Notes: generated by a model from the sequence alone, not told the origin. Numbered from the stretch's first letter, positions 37,655-51,150 are shown. The stretch is 64,000 bases of DNA from Camelus dromedarius (GCF_036321535.1 NC_087437.1:54872001-54936000); one strand, 5' to 3'. Translations and numbers: made by a program.

Positions 37655-37790
37655 TTCTTATTCATTTCTCCAGTCATTCAGTCTCAAAATGCCAGCTTTA
37701 CCAGACACTGTTTATCAAGCGCTGGCCAATCCACTCATGAGTAGGTGAGTAATGCCCTGACTAAAGGCGCTTACAAAACAGGAATCATAA
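37655..37790 (-). mobile_element. L2 3' fragment
   Basis: cattc..agtcattcag..ccagacactgtt..gccctgactaaaggcgcttaca. Confidence 0.45.
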
Positions 37791-38271
37791 TGTCAGTCAC
37801 TATTAATATTTCTCTAGTGTTGTAGAGCTTACAAAGCAAGGTCACATATTCCTGTCTGTACTCAAGAGACCCGAGAACACACACATTCTTACTTCGCCAC
37901 TGACTCACTTACTACTTGATCTCTTTTGATCCAGGGACTCTCTGAATTGTATTTTGAACCCATCCTTCCAGGTGTGGAACTTGAAAGACCAGAAAGATTC
38001 ACAACCTTGTCTGTGGTCAAATTAGTTGATCCATGCCTTCCAACTTGTAAGGCTCATCGAGGCATCACGGCTTAGCAGAAAGAACAGAAGACTGTCAGTG
38101 GGGTGGGATCCTACTTCAGGCACTCTCTGGCTACGTAAACTTAGGTCAGGTGCTAACTCGGAACACGGTGTTTTCTCATTTGGGAAAGAGCATACCTCAC
38201 AGATCTTTAGGACAATGATTTTTCAATAGGGAAGAGAGAAAGGGGTATAACTGGATGAGCCTGTCACTTCT

Positions 38272-38380
38272 TTACCAGTAATAAATATTTTCGAGTGCCT
38301 CTCTTCTAAGCACTGGAGATACAGTATTGAACATAATAATAAAAAAATACCTGCCTCCTGGGAGCTTACCTTCTAACTGT
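38272..38380 (-). mobile_element. L2 3' fragment
   Basis: ataaatattttcgagtgcct..taagcactggagatacag..cctgcctcctgggagcttaccttcta. Confidence 0.75.
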
Positions 38381-38779
38381 GTTATACTGGGGGCCCCAGC
38401 TTTTCAAAGGAACTGATATCTAATTCCTTGCCCAAATCCTAAAACCTCCTCCACTCCACTCTCTTCCCACCTGCCCATCCGCACTGGAGACGTCTCCCTT
38501 TAAAGGCAGTCACTGTTTCTGGTCACCGCCTGTTCTGTCCCTCAGGTGTGCCCACACAGAAGGTGTGTTGATGAAAGGTATCATCCCAAGGTTTTCCTAA
38601 GATTCTCTTAAAATTGATATACATTATTTGTGATTGAGCAAAATGAAAATTGTGTTCTGATTTCATAGGATTGTTTAAAAATCCATGAAAATTTTTTGAA
38701 ATTGAACCTGAAGGGGAGCAAGACTGTTCCCTCCATTTTAGCACCAGAAGAACTAGGCTCAGGCACAGGAAGGGGAGAG

Positions 38780-38970
38780 CGTGCACCTTGAACGCCTCGC
38801 GGGCGCTTTATTTATTCTGACGCCTCCTACCTCGCAGCTCTGTGCCGTAGTTACTGGCAAGCACGTCTTCCAGATACGGAAACTGAGGCTCAGAGATACT
38901 ATGCAGCCAGTTAGTGGGGGAGCTGAGATGAAAACTTAGGGTCTCCAGCCACCGTCCGGTGCTTTATGTG
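38780..38970 (-). mobile_element. MIR SINE
   Basis: ttccagatacggaaactgaggctcagaga..gcagccagttagtgggggagctgagatgaaa. Confidence 0.75.
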
Positions 38971-40184
38971 TTTTCTCCGGGAACACGCATCGTCTGTGAC
39001 CTGCCGAGACTGAGTTAACTAGAGGCGTTTTCATAGCTGTTCTCTTCCCTGAATTCTTCATGTCAAGTTAAAACATGTACGAGAATCTGAAAAGAGAGTT
39101 TCTGAGAAATTTGTGCAGCTCTTACTTCAAAGAAAAGATAGATTTCTCTCGAAGCCTTGATGGCAGCAAATTTAGACAAAAACTGAAAGCAAAACAGCCT
39201 ACTCAGGGTTAGACAGTGACTCAAGTCATTCCATGCTCTTAAACAATATTTAGGATGACCCCGTGTAAACTTGCATTATCACTTAAAAGCCAGCATAAAA
39301 ATACTCCCCATCTGCTGTGCTGGTCCTGCTGCCGCCGCCGCCACAGTTCTCTGACAAGCTGTTACCTCAGTATAGAGAGCGAGTATACATTTTGAAATCC
39401 GGAGTTTGAGTTTGGAAAAAAAATAAAATGGTATCTGGTACATATGGACTAGATTCTGTTCTTCCAAATGTAGATTTGTAACCTCATTTATTCTCAAAGA
39501 TGATGTGTTAAATTCAGGGCTTTATTTATTTATTTTTTCTATTTCCTCTTTCTTTGACTCTGAAGATGGAAACTCTTATAATTGTATGCCCGCAACATGA
39601 ACAAGGTACAGTGGGAGGTCATTTAGTTTACACCCACCATGTGCTACGCGGAGTGGGGGTTGGGGGTGTTTGTCGCAAACACAGTAACTAAATGGTGCCG
39701 TGTCCCCGTGAACTAGGTACTTTTCAGGTTTTAAATAGCTGTTAGGTGAATTAGGAAGTGCAGTGTGTGTAATCACTTACAAACAAGTGATTTTCAGTGC
39801 TGAACAACTCTTAATTCCAGAACCACCGGTGGCCCTGAAACAACCAGGATGTAATCGGCCTCCTTAAAGGTGTTTGAGCATAAGAGGCAGGCCTGGAAGC
39901 TAGATCCTTAGGGCTCATCCTTGTGTCTCTGATGCATGATCTCTGGATAAAGCCTTCCACTAGGAATCACAGTCAGGCCGGAAATGCAGGATCACTGAGT
40001 GATTTGCTGATTTTTCCATGGGATAGTTACTTCTTTTTGTACCAATTGCCAAAGAAATATCCAAAAATAAAATTAAAAAATCATAGGAGCAGCAATATAG
40101 AATCTTATTTGATATTTATTGTTAATACTTCCTCCCAGATTTTTCTGGAAATATAATCTGCTTTGTTACTCAAAAACTCTGACA

Positions 40185-40660
40185 TTTCATTCATTCCTTC
40201 ACAAATATTTGTCCAATGACCATTATTTGTAAGATCCTGGACTAGGAACTCTATCAAATACAAACGTGAGTCTAGCAGAATATTTAAGTGGTATATAGAC
40301 TAGGGGAGAAGGAACATGTAAAGGTATAATTTTAGGAAAACTGCCAAGGAAAGTAGGGAGCCTTTTGATACCAGGCAGCAGCAGTGGGATCATAATAGAG
40401 AAAAAACATTTTAAATTCCATGTTGACCCTTAGGCAGTAGCAGAGTCTTACCTCCTCAGAGCATGCAGCATATGAAGTCAGATTATTAGAGTTAAAAGAC
40501 CTGCTCAAAATTGTCTACTCAAAGCTCCTTGTTTACAGATGAGAAAAGCAAGAGTCTAGGTGAGGAAGGGATTTGCCAATGGCTACATAGATGTTGAATA
40601 TGACTTAATGAAAAACACAGGATGAGAACCCAGGTTTCCCATCATTCAAGCAAATAGTCT
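40185..40660 (-). mobile_element. L2 3' tip followed by a MIR3-like fragment
   Basis: ttcattcattccttcacaaatattt; tttacagatgagaaagcaagagtctag..ggatttgccaatggctaca..gaacccaggtttcc. Confidence 0.6.
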
Positions 40661-40999
40661 CCAGCTGTTTTAGTTTTTTATTTGTGTCCACTGTTAGCCA
40701 AGGCTACTTCAGGCCAGCCAGTAGGGTTTGAACCAATTCCAGATGAGGGCATTTTTGAGACAGGGATCTCCTGTTGAACTAAACTCACCTCCTTGTTGGC
40801 ATACACCTTACTTCCTCTTCTCTTTATAATTATGCTATTGGATATAACGCATGTGGTTGGAGCTAAGGCCTTTACCACAAACATATTTGAAGATTATAGT
40901 TATTTTTGGATGCAGCTTTCTTTGCCTCCAAACTGGATAGGGATGGGAGTGGAAGAGTGGGGAGCAGAATGAAGTCAAGGGATTCTGAACTGTCACATC

Positions 41000-41465
41000 T
41001 CATGGCCACAGGCTTTTTATTTCAGTCCGTACTGTTGTTACTGCTGGCCCCACTGCCATCCTCAGCCTTCCCTAACTGTCTTTCATTACCTTCTTGGCTT
41101 TGGCTTCCATTGGTGCCACTTGTCAGTTGCATGTTTCCAACCTAATGGGCCAGTTGTAGTCTCCCTTGCTCCCCACGTATTCCACATCAGTTGCCTTTTC
41201 CCCACACATTTGTTCATGCAGCTTAACTCTCCCTGGATTGCTCTCTCTACCTTTTAAAATCCCTCCAGTTATTAAGTCTCAGATCAAACACCACCCAGGC
41301 TAAAATAGTTCTGCCTCTTTATGGCCTTTATTTAAGCCGACCTTGGGTGATAGTTGTTGTACTGACCCTAGATATTGAAACCTTAAAAAAAGAAATAGTT
41401 TGTATTCATAGTTACTGTCCCCATTGGATGTACCACTGTCTCTTTTTCACCTAATAAATACATGG
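41000..41465 (+). mobile_element. Degenerate L2 fragment
   Basis: catttgttcatgcag..ctccctggattgctct..aagtctcagatcaaacaccacc..ctagatattgaaacctt..taataaatac. Confidence 0.5.
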
Positions 41466-42409
41466 GGGATCAATTATTTTGGCGTAACACGCCTCATTCC
41501 TACAAATTTCACATGACTTTCCTTGCAATCGAATTAAAAACTCTTAAAAGTTGACATCTAGATGTGTTAGCAGAGCTGTCAGCATGTCCTTCAGTTTATC
41601 ATGTTTCAATATTTACTTAACCAAAATAGAAAAAAATTAGCCATTTTCTCAACAAAAAGCACAACTCCAGTTGATTAATGCCCTCCCCCTCCCCCTTTCC
41701 TTCACAACAGCAATCAGAAAAATTGCATCTTAACATAATAAAAGGAGAAACATTTTTGCTGATATTAGTCATTTGTCCCATTGCCCCCTTCATCCACAAA
41801 TTCGTGAATTCTAAGAATCTAGCCTGGATCACGCTTCAGACTTGAGTGACACTAGAGTGAAATGGGTCAAGGCAGCACTGATCGGTGTTAAATCTCACAG
41901 CTTCTCCATCAGAACTGCTTGATTAGACAGTGGAAGTAAAGTGGTATATTCTGAAAATGTAACTTTCATGCCACCTGAAATGAAGGTTGGTCTAGGGGGC
42001 TACTGAGGCTCTGTGCAGCTCTGGTATCATAAAGGTTATTGGATTAATATCACTCTTAATAAATCAAATGCTCTTGGCCTTCTCCTTTTAGTGATAACTA
42101 ACATTATAGCCCTTAGTGGCTGGTCTGATTGCAGCTTCCTTGAGAGGTGTCTAACATGCATGCCCTAGTATTTTAGAGTTTATATGATCTGTGGTCTACG
42201 CATAGGCAACCCTCATTTTCCATTTTGCCCTTTTAAATGCATAGAGTATTACAGTGCCTCACACAAAGTTGTCATTCAATATGGTTTGAATGAATGAATG
42301 CCCTTAAGGCCCAGGAACTTGATTATGTTGTTGGTTGAATGCTTTGGATGCTGCATCCATCCCTACCTTACTTGTCTAGATCCTTCCATCTTTTAAGGAC
42401 CTAAACCAA

Positions 42410-43230
42410 ATTTTAGCTCCTGCCGTATGGTAGGCATTGTCCTAGGTGCTGAAGTTTTCACCCCAGTAGTGAAAAAATTAAAGTTCCTGCTCTCATGGAG
42501 CTTACATTCTAGACGATAGAAACAGTCAATTGAAATACACACACCCAGTGGGTTCAATGATACTAAATAATAGAAAGAAAAATAAATAAGAAGATGGAGC
42601 ATGGATCCAGTAGGGTAGATTTCAGAAGTGCTGTTTTGATTAGGTGCATTTGTACTGAGACTAGAATGATGTGTAGGAATGTGAAGTATCTGGTGAAGAG
42701 CAGAGGAAGAGGTAGAGGTAGAGGAAACAGAAATGCAAGGCTCTGAGGCCCAAGCATGTTTGAAATATGCAGGAGCAAGAAAAGCCTGGTGCCTGGAATG
42801 TAGTGATGGAGGAGAATTGCAGGACACGAGATCAGAGAGGCAGCCAAGAGCCAGACGCTGTGGGGTCTTATAAGACAGGCTGAAGACTTGGATTTTATGT
42901 TGAATGCGATAAGAAGGTATTGTAATGTTTTGAGCTGAGGCATGACATGAGCTGACCGATTTTTCTCAAGGGAATGCCTGGCTGCTCTGGGGAGAATAAT
43001 CTGTAGGGTTAAAGACCAGAAGTGAGAGAACAGTTAAGAGGCTATTACCATAGACTGAGCAAATGCTGGTGGTGTCTAGACTAAGGTGGTCGCTGAGGTA
43101 CTCAGATAGACAGTGGGCATATTTCAAAGGTAGAGTTGACAGGATTTGCTACTGGAGTGTGTGTGGGATGGGAAAGGCAAAGAGGAATCAAAGATGTCAC
43201 CATTTTCTGCACGAGACTGGCAGAGTGCCT
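42410..43230 (-). mobile_element. L2a LINE fragment
   Basis: taggcattgtcctaggtgctg, ctctcatggagcttacattctag, tgcaaggctctgagg, gacttggattttatgttgaatg, ttaagaggctatt, aaggtagagttgacaggatttgct, gaggaatcaaagatg. Accounts for the ORFs at 42393-43269. Confidence 0.9.
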
Positions 43231-43349
43231 TCTTATTCTGAGTTCTGTAGTATTTTTATAGATGTTTAAGGTTACTTACCACTTCCTATCTAGTGTTCCC
43301 AGTAATAACTGAGTTTTGGAAAAACCCTAGGACTAAAACGTAGCTGTGA

Positions 43350-43515
43350 GACACAGACCCTCTGTGTTAAACAAGTCGCTGTCTTGTCCCTGTACTTGGA
43401 CACTTCTGCAGTGACTGGTGTCACTCATGTCTTTTGATTCCACGCACAGTATTATCTAGCACAAGGTCTTTTGCATGTAGAGATGCAATAAATATCTCAT
43501 AAAAGAGTGAATTAA
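43350..43515 (+). mobile_element. L2 3' terminus
   Basis: catgtcttttgattccacgcacag..tctagcaca..catgtagagatgcaataaatat. Confidence 0.5.
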
Positions 43516-44608
43516 CTTGAATACCCATATATTATCTATTTTTTAAAAGAGTCCTAGTAATCTGCCCCATACCAAACACAACTTGCCTTCTGAAGTGAAG
43601 ATAACCTAATTAACACTTTCACTGAGCCCGTGTATGCACACATGTCTCTGTGCAAATGTGTTTGTATGGATGTGGGTTTAAATAAAGGAAATAACTTACT
43701 GGAAAACAATGAAGAGATAGGGCAGATGTTATTTTTTGTGGGGGAAAAGCTTTACTTAATTCTCTGATGTTTCTTATTTGCATTTGAAATGTGACTGATG
43801 TAGTGGGGTTGACCCATTCTCTCTGGAAAACAAGAAGTCTGCTTGAGACAAATTACTGGAATAGGCTCCTGCATTCAATGAAATACAGAACCCTTCAGGC
43901 TTAGAATGGCTGTGATACCAGAGGTAGCATTTGAATGTAACGTCAACTAATTATTTAACCATAAATGACAGCTCTGAACATTGTGCTCTTTTTGCATCAT
44001 TTACTGCATTTGTGGGACATCCAATTATGAAAAAAATAAGTATTCTTCAGTGGTCTCTAGCAACACTGCCACAGGAGAACAAGAACACACTCTGTGCAAA
44101 ACATTGTTTAAATAGAAGTGCTTGAAAATCCTCCATTAATCTTCATTTTTGCATTTTGAATGCTTTCCTGCTCGCATTTTTGGTATCAAGGGACTGAACG
44201 AGTCTGAACTGACTGTACAAGAATTTAAGTAAGAACTTGGAGGAGCAGAAATGAGGAAGCTATTTGCATTCCTGGAAGGCACAAGTCAGGTTTATTACAA
44301 TCTTTCATGGTACTTTATAAAAGGCAGTCTGTTTTCTAAACGCTGTTTAGGGTGAGCTTTTCGTCTTTAATTTTAAAATTGTTATAAAAGATAATTTTTT
44401 TAATCACCAATGCAAAAAAATACATGAAAGAAAAAGTGGGAGACACTCATAGCCCCCTTCCCTCCCCAGGACTCACCCTTTTGAGTTTGGTATATTATCT
44501 TCTAGGCTCTTATTTTGTCTTAATATTTGCAACTTTTTTGATTAGTTGATTTGTGTTTGTTTGTTTGTTATTGTATGGATTCAGTTAAAAGACCTTAGTA
44601 AAAATACC

Positions 44609-44814
44609 TTTTTTTTGTAACAGTTTTTATTGATTTATAATCATTTTACAATGTTGTGTCAAATTCCAGTGTAGAGCACAATTTTTCAATTATACATGAA
44701 CATACATATATTCATTGTCACATTCCTTTCTCTGTGAACTACCACAAGATCTTGTATATATTTCCCTGTGCTATACAGTATAATCTTGTTTATCTCTTCT
44801 ACAATTTTGAAATC
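44609..44814 (-). mobile_element. Younger cetartiodactyl/camelid-type L1 3' end
   Basis: T-tail, then tttattgatttataatcattttacaatgttgtgtcaaattccagtgtagagca ... ttccctgtgctatacagta. Related to the plus-strand copy at 4882. Confidence 0.88.
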
Positions 44815-46824
44815 TTTTGTCCGTTCTCACATTGTGCATGCCTGTGTAGGGTGAAAGGAGAGTGATTTTACGTGCACCATCTTGTTTCTATTTGCTGCTG
44901 CCAACTCCCTCCCCAACTCCGGGAGCTGCAGGCAAGTGCCTTTCTCCTACTCCATGACATTGAAGCTCTACACCTTCACTGCTCTTCAATCACCTGTTCT
45001 TTCCACACAAAAGTTTGTTCATTCTCTTCACTGCTTTGACAGTACCTTCTGGGGCTGCTCCCTGAGCTTCCGCAAGGTGATAGCAAGGTTTCTCTTCTAA
45101 CCGTCTGGACCCTGATAGGAGAGGAGCTGGAGGAACTGAGTGGGTACAGTGTATGAATCACTGTAGACTTCATTACATAATATCAATTCTATATCCGAGG
45201 ACAGAACTTTTTTTTTCATTTTTTTGGTTTTGCTTCCATTCACCACTCCTTTCCTGAGAATCCCCAAGCTGTCTCAAGTCCCATTGGGGGCACTAATATG
45301 GAGGCAACCTGGTCTGTTTGTTCAAATAGAAGAAATGAAATATCATATAAATAACTTTCCTGTAAGGGAAGAGTATGCTGAAGGACACAAATAGAACAAC
45401 CTGTGGAGGTCCAAGCGAAAGAAAGCTCTTTGCTAGCCGGGAATTCAACTTGAGCTGAGCGAATTTGTGATGAGGAAGGCCCTCTTTTCTTCTTTTCACT
45501 CTGAGGGCCCCTGGGAGCTTGGTCAGTTTACATCACCTCTTGAATGACTGAGGGCCCTCCACATGGAAATACACAAACAATAACCAACTATAGAATAGCG
45601 GCAAAGATAAAGATGTGTTCACCCATATCAACATTTGTATAAACTATTAAATATTTATAAAATGTATTGACAGTACACAGCCCGTACAATTAATGGACAT
45701 AGCACCCTATGATAGCTTCTCATCTTAAATTAGGATCAACAGTATCATTGATAATTAGACTGATGTTTTCTGTGTCTCTGAAGCTTTGAAGACATCATGG
45801 GGGAGAAGTCATTTGGTAGAAGTCACTTACCAGCTAAGGGTTAGTTTAACCCATTGAGCTTGACTACTCCAGCTCTCTCTGAAGCTGTGGTTCTGGATTC
45901 TGTGCTCCTTCTTGCCCCTCCTAGGATCAAAGAAGTGGACCATGTTGCTGCTGCTTTGTATTGAGGACAGGAAATGAAAGCTTAGTGTGTGCTGCTGAAA
46001 CTGGAGTGAAAGGTGGGGAGGGGACTGGTGGAGTGACTGAAGAGAGGCAAATTGGAATATGGCGAAGACCAATACCCAATCTCTTGAGGAAAATTAGAGC
46101 CTCTTTTTTTTTTTTTTTTTTGTAATTATTTTCCTTTTCTTTGTCTTGCCTTCAAAGAAGATTGAGTAAGATTCAGTCTCTCCAGGAGATGACTGATGAA
46201 ATATATCCCTTGGGGGTTTTTGCATCTCATTCCTGTGGAGTGTAAGGAAGAACATTCCTAAGCCATTATCGTCATGGGCATGTCATAACAAACACAACAG
46301 CTTTTTGGAATATACTGTTGAACTCTTGGTTTACTAAATTAGTTTAACAGCCCTCCTTATTTAACCATCCCATTCTGAGCCGGTCATCTTTGGTTCATTG
46401 AGTCCATTCTGGGACACTAGGTTTACAAAAATGTAGCTGGAAGCTTTTGAACTCTTAATTTTGGCACAAAGGATTTCCCAACTTTCAAGTTCCTAATAAT
46501 CTTTCTTACTACTACTCTTCAGTTTGTTTCCCATTTTCTTTCTTGTGAATGCTTTGGGTAATTTTTTTTTTTTTTACTATTTTATGTTTGATTTCTTTCC
46601 CTTCTTTCTTCTCACTTTTCATTTATAGCAGAAACGACTTGGCTTTTCTCCTTCTTTTCTGTCCTGCCTGGAGACACAGTAATGCATTTACGTCTTTTAG
46701 CTTACCACAATGTGATTTAGGTTAGGAAACTTTTTGTAAACCTCACTTGGTTTTGTTGATAGTTCTGTGCCCAAATTCTGAGTTAACTTGATGCCACAGT
46801 CTCAGTGAAGATAAGGAAGGGAAG

Positions 46825-47062
46825 CTAACATATGAGCACCTAGTTTGCAGCAGACATTGCAGTAGGCTTCTTCTTATACAGTTTCTTATTTAATCTTCAT
46901 GGTGACCCTGCTAAGCCTGGGTTATTTCACACTGCAATTTCACATTGCTATGTGGAATCTGCAGCCCGGAGATATTAAATATTTTGCCTGAGGATACATG
47001 TCTAAGGTAAGCTATGAATCCAGACATCTTTGACTTCCAGGTCCATGCTCTTTTCACACCAC
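46825..47062 (-). mobile_element. MIR SINE
   Basis: agctaacatatgagcacct..ttatttaatcttcat..tttgcctgagg..atgaatccagac..tgacttccaggtccatgctctttt. Confidence 0.75.
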
Positions 47063-47598
47063 AGAAAACCACACAGAAGACCAAGATGGAGCCTTCAGAG
47101 GTTATGGCATGTTTATTACTCCAACATTTATCATTCCAGAGCATGAATCCTGCTTTAGCAACTAGAGATGTGTAAGTGAAGTATTAGTGTTGTGTTGTGT
47201 AAGTCATTGGCACAATGGCCATTTTGGTGCCATTCTGATTTTGTTTAAAATAATTATGGATCATGAGGGCATCAGAATAATCAAGAAATTTTAAAGCAAT
47301 TCTACATGCTTCGTGTTAGACTTAGTTATTTTGTATAATATAAAATAAGAAAAAATAGCCCTTCTGGATGGTAGATTAACAAATGGGAGTCCTGAAACAA
47401 TTAAATAACTTAACTGGTACTGATTGGGTTCATTTATAGACAGGAGGCAGTGTGTCAGGTCGCTCTTGGCTGGGTGTACGGAGAAGGTGGGTATTAACCA
47501 GTCTTGAGGAATAGTGAGATCTAATAAGGTACCCTGGATCTCCATTTCCATCATTTGACTTCCTTACCTGTTCAAAAAGTTGACATAAAAACACAGGT

Positions 47599-47688
47599 GG
47601 AAAGGAAGGAAGATAGGAAGGGAAGGAGGGAGGGAAGGAGGAAGGCAGGCAGGAAGGAAGAAAGGGGGAGCGGGAGAAAGAGAGAGAC
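47599..47688. repeat. Purine-rich (GGAA/GGCA/GA)n low-complexity tract
   Basis: Read directly. Confidence 0.85.
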
Positions 47689-47779
47689 TGACTAGCACAA
47701 GCAAACTGGAGAAATATCTTTAAGTCTCTGTTTCCTGCGTTATGTATGTATGTTTGTGTATGAAGGACAATACATCACA

Positions 47780-47960
47780 AAGTGGCGGCGGCAAAGTCTG
47801 TTAAGTCTAGAAGCCAAGCGTACTAATTTTAGCTCCAGCTCTACCATCAAGTTACTTTGTAGTCTTAGGCAAGTTATATAACCTCTCAGCTCCCCAGTGT
47901 CCTCCTGGAATTGTAAGGATTAGGCTAGATGATCATAAACTCTTATTTCAGCTCTATCTA
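47780..47960 (+). mobile_element. MIR/MIR3 fragment
   Basis: ccagctctaccat..gtagtcttaggcaagttatataacctctcagctccccagtgtcctc..ctagatgat. Confidence 0.7.
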
Positions 47961-48961
47961 GCATTTAATAGTTTTAAATTTCTTAATGTGCTTTGATGGC
48001 CCGTTGCATTACATGGGCATATATTAAAGTCTACATCAAAGAATTGTGCTCTTTCTCCTCAAAAATGTAAAAGGTTGATCTTGTTATAAGAAAACAGTCT
48101 GTAATCATGCTTTCAAAATTCTTAATTTTCAGTTTTCCTTCTTTTACAGTAATGTCTCTGCTGCTGTGTTCCTCTTTCTTACAGTAGAAGCCAGTTTTAA
48201 GTTTTGGTATGTTCTTCTCTTTTACATTGGAAGCCAGATTTAAGTTTCGATGATTGAAATCTCCTTTTTTTGTTAAAGAGAAAGCATACTAGGAGCGAAA
48301 GATTACTCATCTCTAATTCAGAATTTGAGATAGACTGGACAAAAAGATAATATTTTTAAGAGGAAAGCATTAAAAAAGGCAACATGTTGGAGAAAAAGTA
48401 GATAGCAGTCACTACGATATTTGGATGGAATCCAGTCTTTGAATTTTTGCCTATTCGTGGAATGCTCTAGATAAAATCCTGCCTTATACTTTTTGAGAGG
48501 ATACACCACGTTGTTGAAACAGCTACACTTTATCCCAAGGGCAGGTTGTACCAACTCTCAATTGTTTTCACTCATCTACCTGGTGTTTCCCATCTCTTAG
48601 GTGATTTGAAGTGGGTACAGGACTGGCCATTAGCACTGAAGTTGAGTCCAGAACTGGACTTCAAAACAGAGTTAATACATCTTTCAAAACCCTTGAGTTT
48701 TCTGACTCTGCCCAGAGGTTATACTGTGAAGCATTTGAAACAAAAACAACAACAAAAATATTTTCTCCATTCTTTATCGTGTGTCTTTGTGCTTAACAGA
48801 GGAAAAAAAATACCTGTTCTGTATCAGACAAATCATGACAGGATAAAATCTTTAGAAATACCATCAGTTTCTTCTCAATTAGAAAGTGAAAGCACCTCTG
48901 TTGAATTTAAGACCACTGCGACCTCATGGCCAAATGCTTACGCAGAAGGCGGGGAAAGTCA

Positions 48962-49499
48962 TGAAGGCATGCAGACCCTAAGGTGGCTCCTAATTACCTC
49001 CACGTCCTGGTGTTCACACCTTTGTGTTTGTCACTGCCCTTGAGAGTGGACAAGACCTGTGACTTAGCAACAGAATAAAGCAAAGGTAATGGCGTGTACA
49101 AGATTATTCATACAGGAGTATGTTTCACAAGCCTGTAACATCTGTCCTATGAGAAGACTCTCTCCCTTGGTGGCTTTGAAGAAACAAGCTGCCATGTTGT
49201 GAGCTGCCATATGGAAAGGGCCACGTGGCAGGGAGTTCAGGGCAGCCAGGAGCTAAAAGAAACTGAAGCTTTCGGTCCAGCAGCCTGTAGCCAGCAACCA
49301 TGTAAACCTGACAGCAGACCCTTCCTCAGCTGAATCTAGTGGTGAGACCACAGCCCAGGCGGACAGCTTGCTTGCAGCCTTGAGGCAGAGGAGCCGGCTA
49401 AGCCAGGATGGTACTCAGGACCCACAGAAACTGAGATAATAAATGTATGTTGTTTCACTCCACTAAGTTTTTATTGTTGTACAATGATAGATGAATGCA
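48962..49499 (+). mobile_element. MLT1E/F-like ERVL-MaLR solo LTR
   Basis: cctggtgttcacacc, ggctttgaagaaacaagctgccatgttgtgag, ggccacgtggcaggga, gccagcaacca, gacccacagaaactgagataataaatgtatgttgttt..ccactaagttt. TG..CA ends. Confidence 0.9.
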
Positions 49500-50689
49500 A
49501 GCATGTTATTTTTAGAACCCACCACTTTTTTCTTCATCATTCATTCTCTTTAGAATAGTTACTAAGTGAAAGTGGCTTTTTTCAGCATCTTCAAAATCAT
49601 TGAAGGTATTTTTATTTAAGAGTTGATTTATCTGTGGCTTTGTGTTGGTCATAAATGTGCCCCTCAGTTTCTGGTATCTCTTCAAAGGAGATGTCCCTTG
49701 GCTCTGTTTTAAAAAGAAATTGGATAAGGTTGAAAATTAGTGATACATGCTTGCTGAATCCAGCTGCATTATGTGAAGATGAGTTTCTCTGAGGGCCGTT
49801 TTTCAGTCTTTCTGTTGCTGTGCCTCAGATGGTGTATCATAACTTCTCCTGCTGGGAAATGGGGTGGGGAGATCATTCTCTCAGTTTCTCTGTTACTTTC
49901 ATTCTAGTGAATTCAGTTTAAAAACATCATGATCTTAGGAGCCTTAAAATGAAGCCACGATCTTACAGGGCCACTCTTGAGCTAGAAGAATGTTCTGGAA
50001 CCGGACCAGGAACCATACTGGCCAAAAGAAGGATGTGTCCATATCAGACCTGCCTCCTTCACCTCCCCCAGAGCGAGGTGACCCCCTGGTGTAATTTGCT
50101 AGAAGACAGGGACTAGACAATTTGGAAATGATGGAGGACTCTAATACTCTGAAACAAGATATGGCCCTGTGTGGTCATGCCTCTTCTAATTTACATGGGA
50201 AATTACCAAACCCTTAACCATGCTCTCTAGTATTTCTTTATTTACCCAACCAAATGGAAGATAAAAAGCTATTTGGAAAGTTCCCAGAAATAGTACTTCT
50301 TTCTTTATAACTCTTATCTCATCTTTCTAGCTTCTGTTTCAGTATCAGCCCAAGTCCTTCTTTTTTGGAGCCTCCGTTTCCATCACGGTGCTGTCTTACA
50401 TCAAGTTTCCTTCAATTCTGAATGAATGAGTGGAAAAAGGAATGAATGAGCAGATGAGGATGCTTAAATGTTACTAAAACAAATCAATCCCTTCTTCCCT
50501 TGAGGAACATTACATTTGGTGTAGCGACATATAGCTCAGATCTATTTAATGGGCTAAGCATTTTTAAACTATTTCTAAAATATTCTGAATGGGTCACCCA
50601 ACAGAATATGGGGAGATCTATTGGACTGTAGCTTGACCAAGAAAGTATTGATTATCTCCTGGGTTCAGAACATGTCATATAGCTCTGCA

Positions 50690-51150
50690 TCAGCAGTTAG
50701 CAGAGAACTCCTGAGGCTTGTGAAGACTTTCCCAAGGACACATAGCTCAAAATAGCAGAGAAGAGGTATAAAGCCGAAATCTCTCTGATCCCAACTTTAT
50801 ACTTTTTCCATTATGCAAAAACATATATTCAGTTCACTTTTTTGGTGCACCCACTATGTCCCATGTATCTGATATGATGAGAAATATACAGATAAATAAA
50901 ACTTCAAACTTGCCCTTATAAGGAAAAAGATTATTAAGTAACGGATACCCTGAATTTTGTAGGAAGGAAGAAAAAGATGCACAGAAAGAAGGCCAGGCTT
51001 ACCTGAGTGCCGTGAGATTACAAATCTGCTGACCTAGTTAGGTGACTTGACCTTTCTGAGAGCTGTTCCCTCGTGTGAGGAATAGGGGTTAATAATCTGC
51101 TTCCCAGACTGGTTGGGAAGATTGAATGAGAAAATGTGTGAAGTGGTTGT
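50690..51150. mobile_element. Cluster of short MIR and L2 fragments
   Basis: ctgaggcttgtgaagactttcccaaggacacatagct (MIR, minus); ggtgcacccactatgtccc (L2, minus); gtgacttgacctttctgagagctgttccctcgtgtgagg (MIR, plus). Confidence 0.55.

Noticed and set aside
47599..47688. Polypurine tract as a special triplex or G4 element
   Set aside because: It is an ordinary imperfect GGAA-type simple repeat with no evidence of function.
48546..49043. Longest ORF in the window (165 aa)
   Set aside because: It has a non-ATG start and no recognisable domain, runs through A-rich low-complexity sequence and ends inside an MLT1 LTR.
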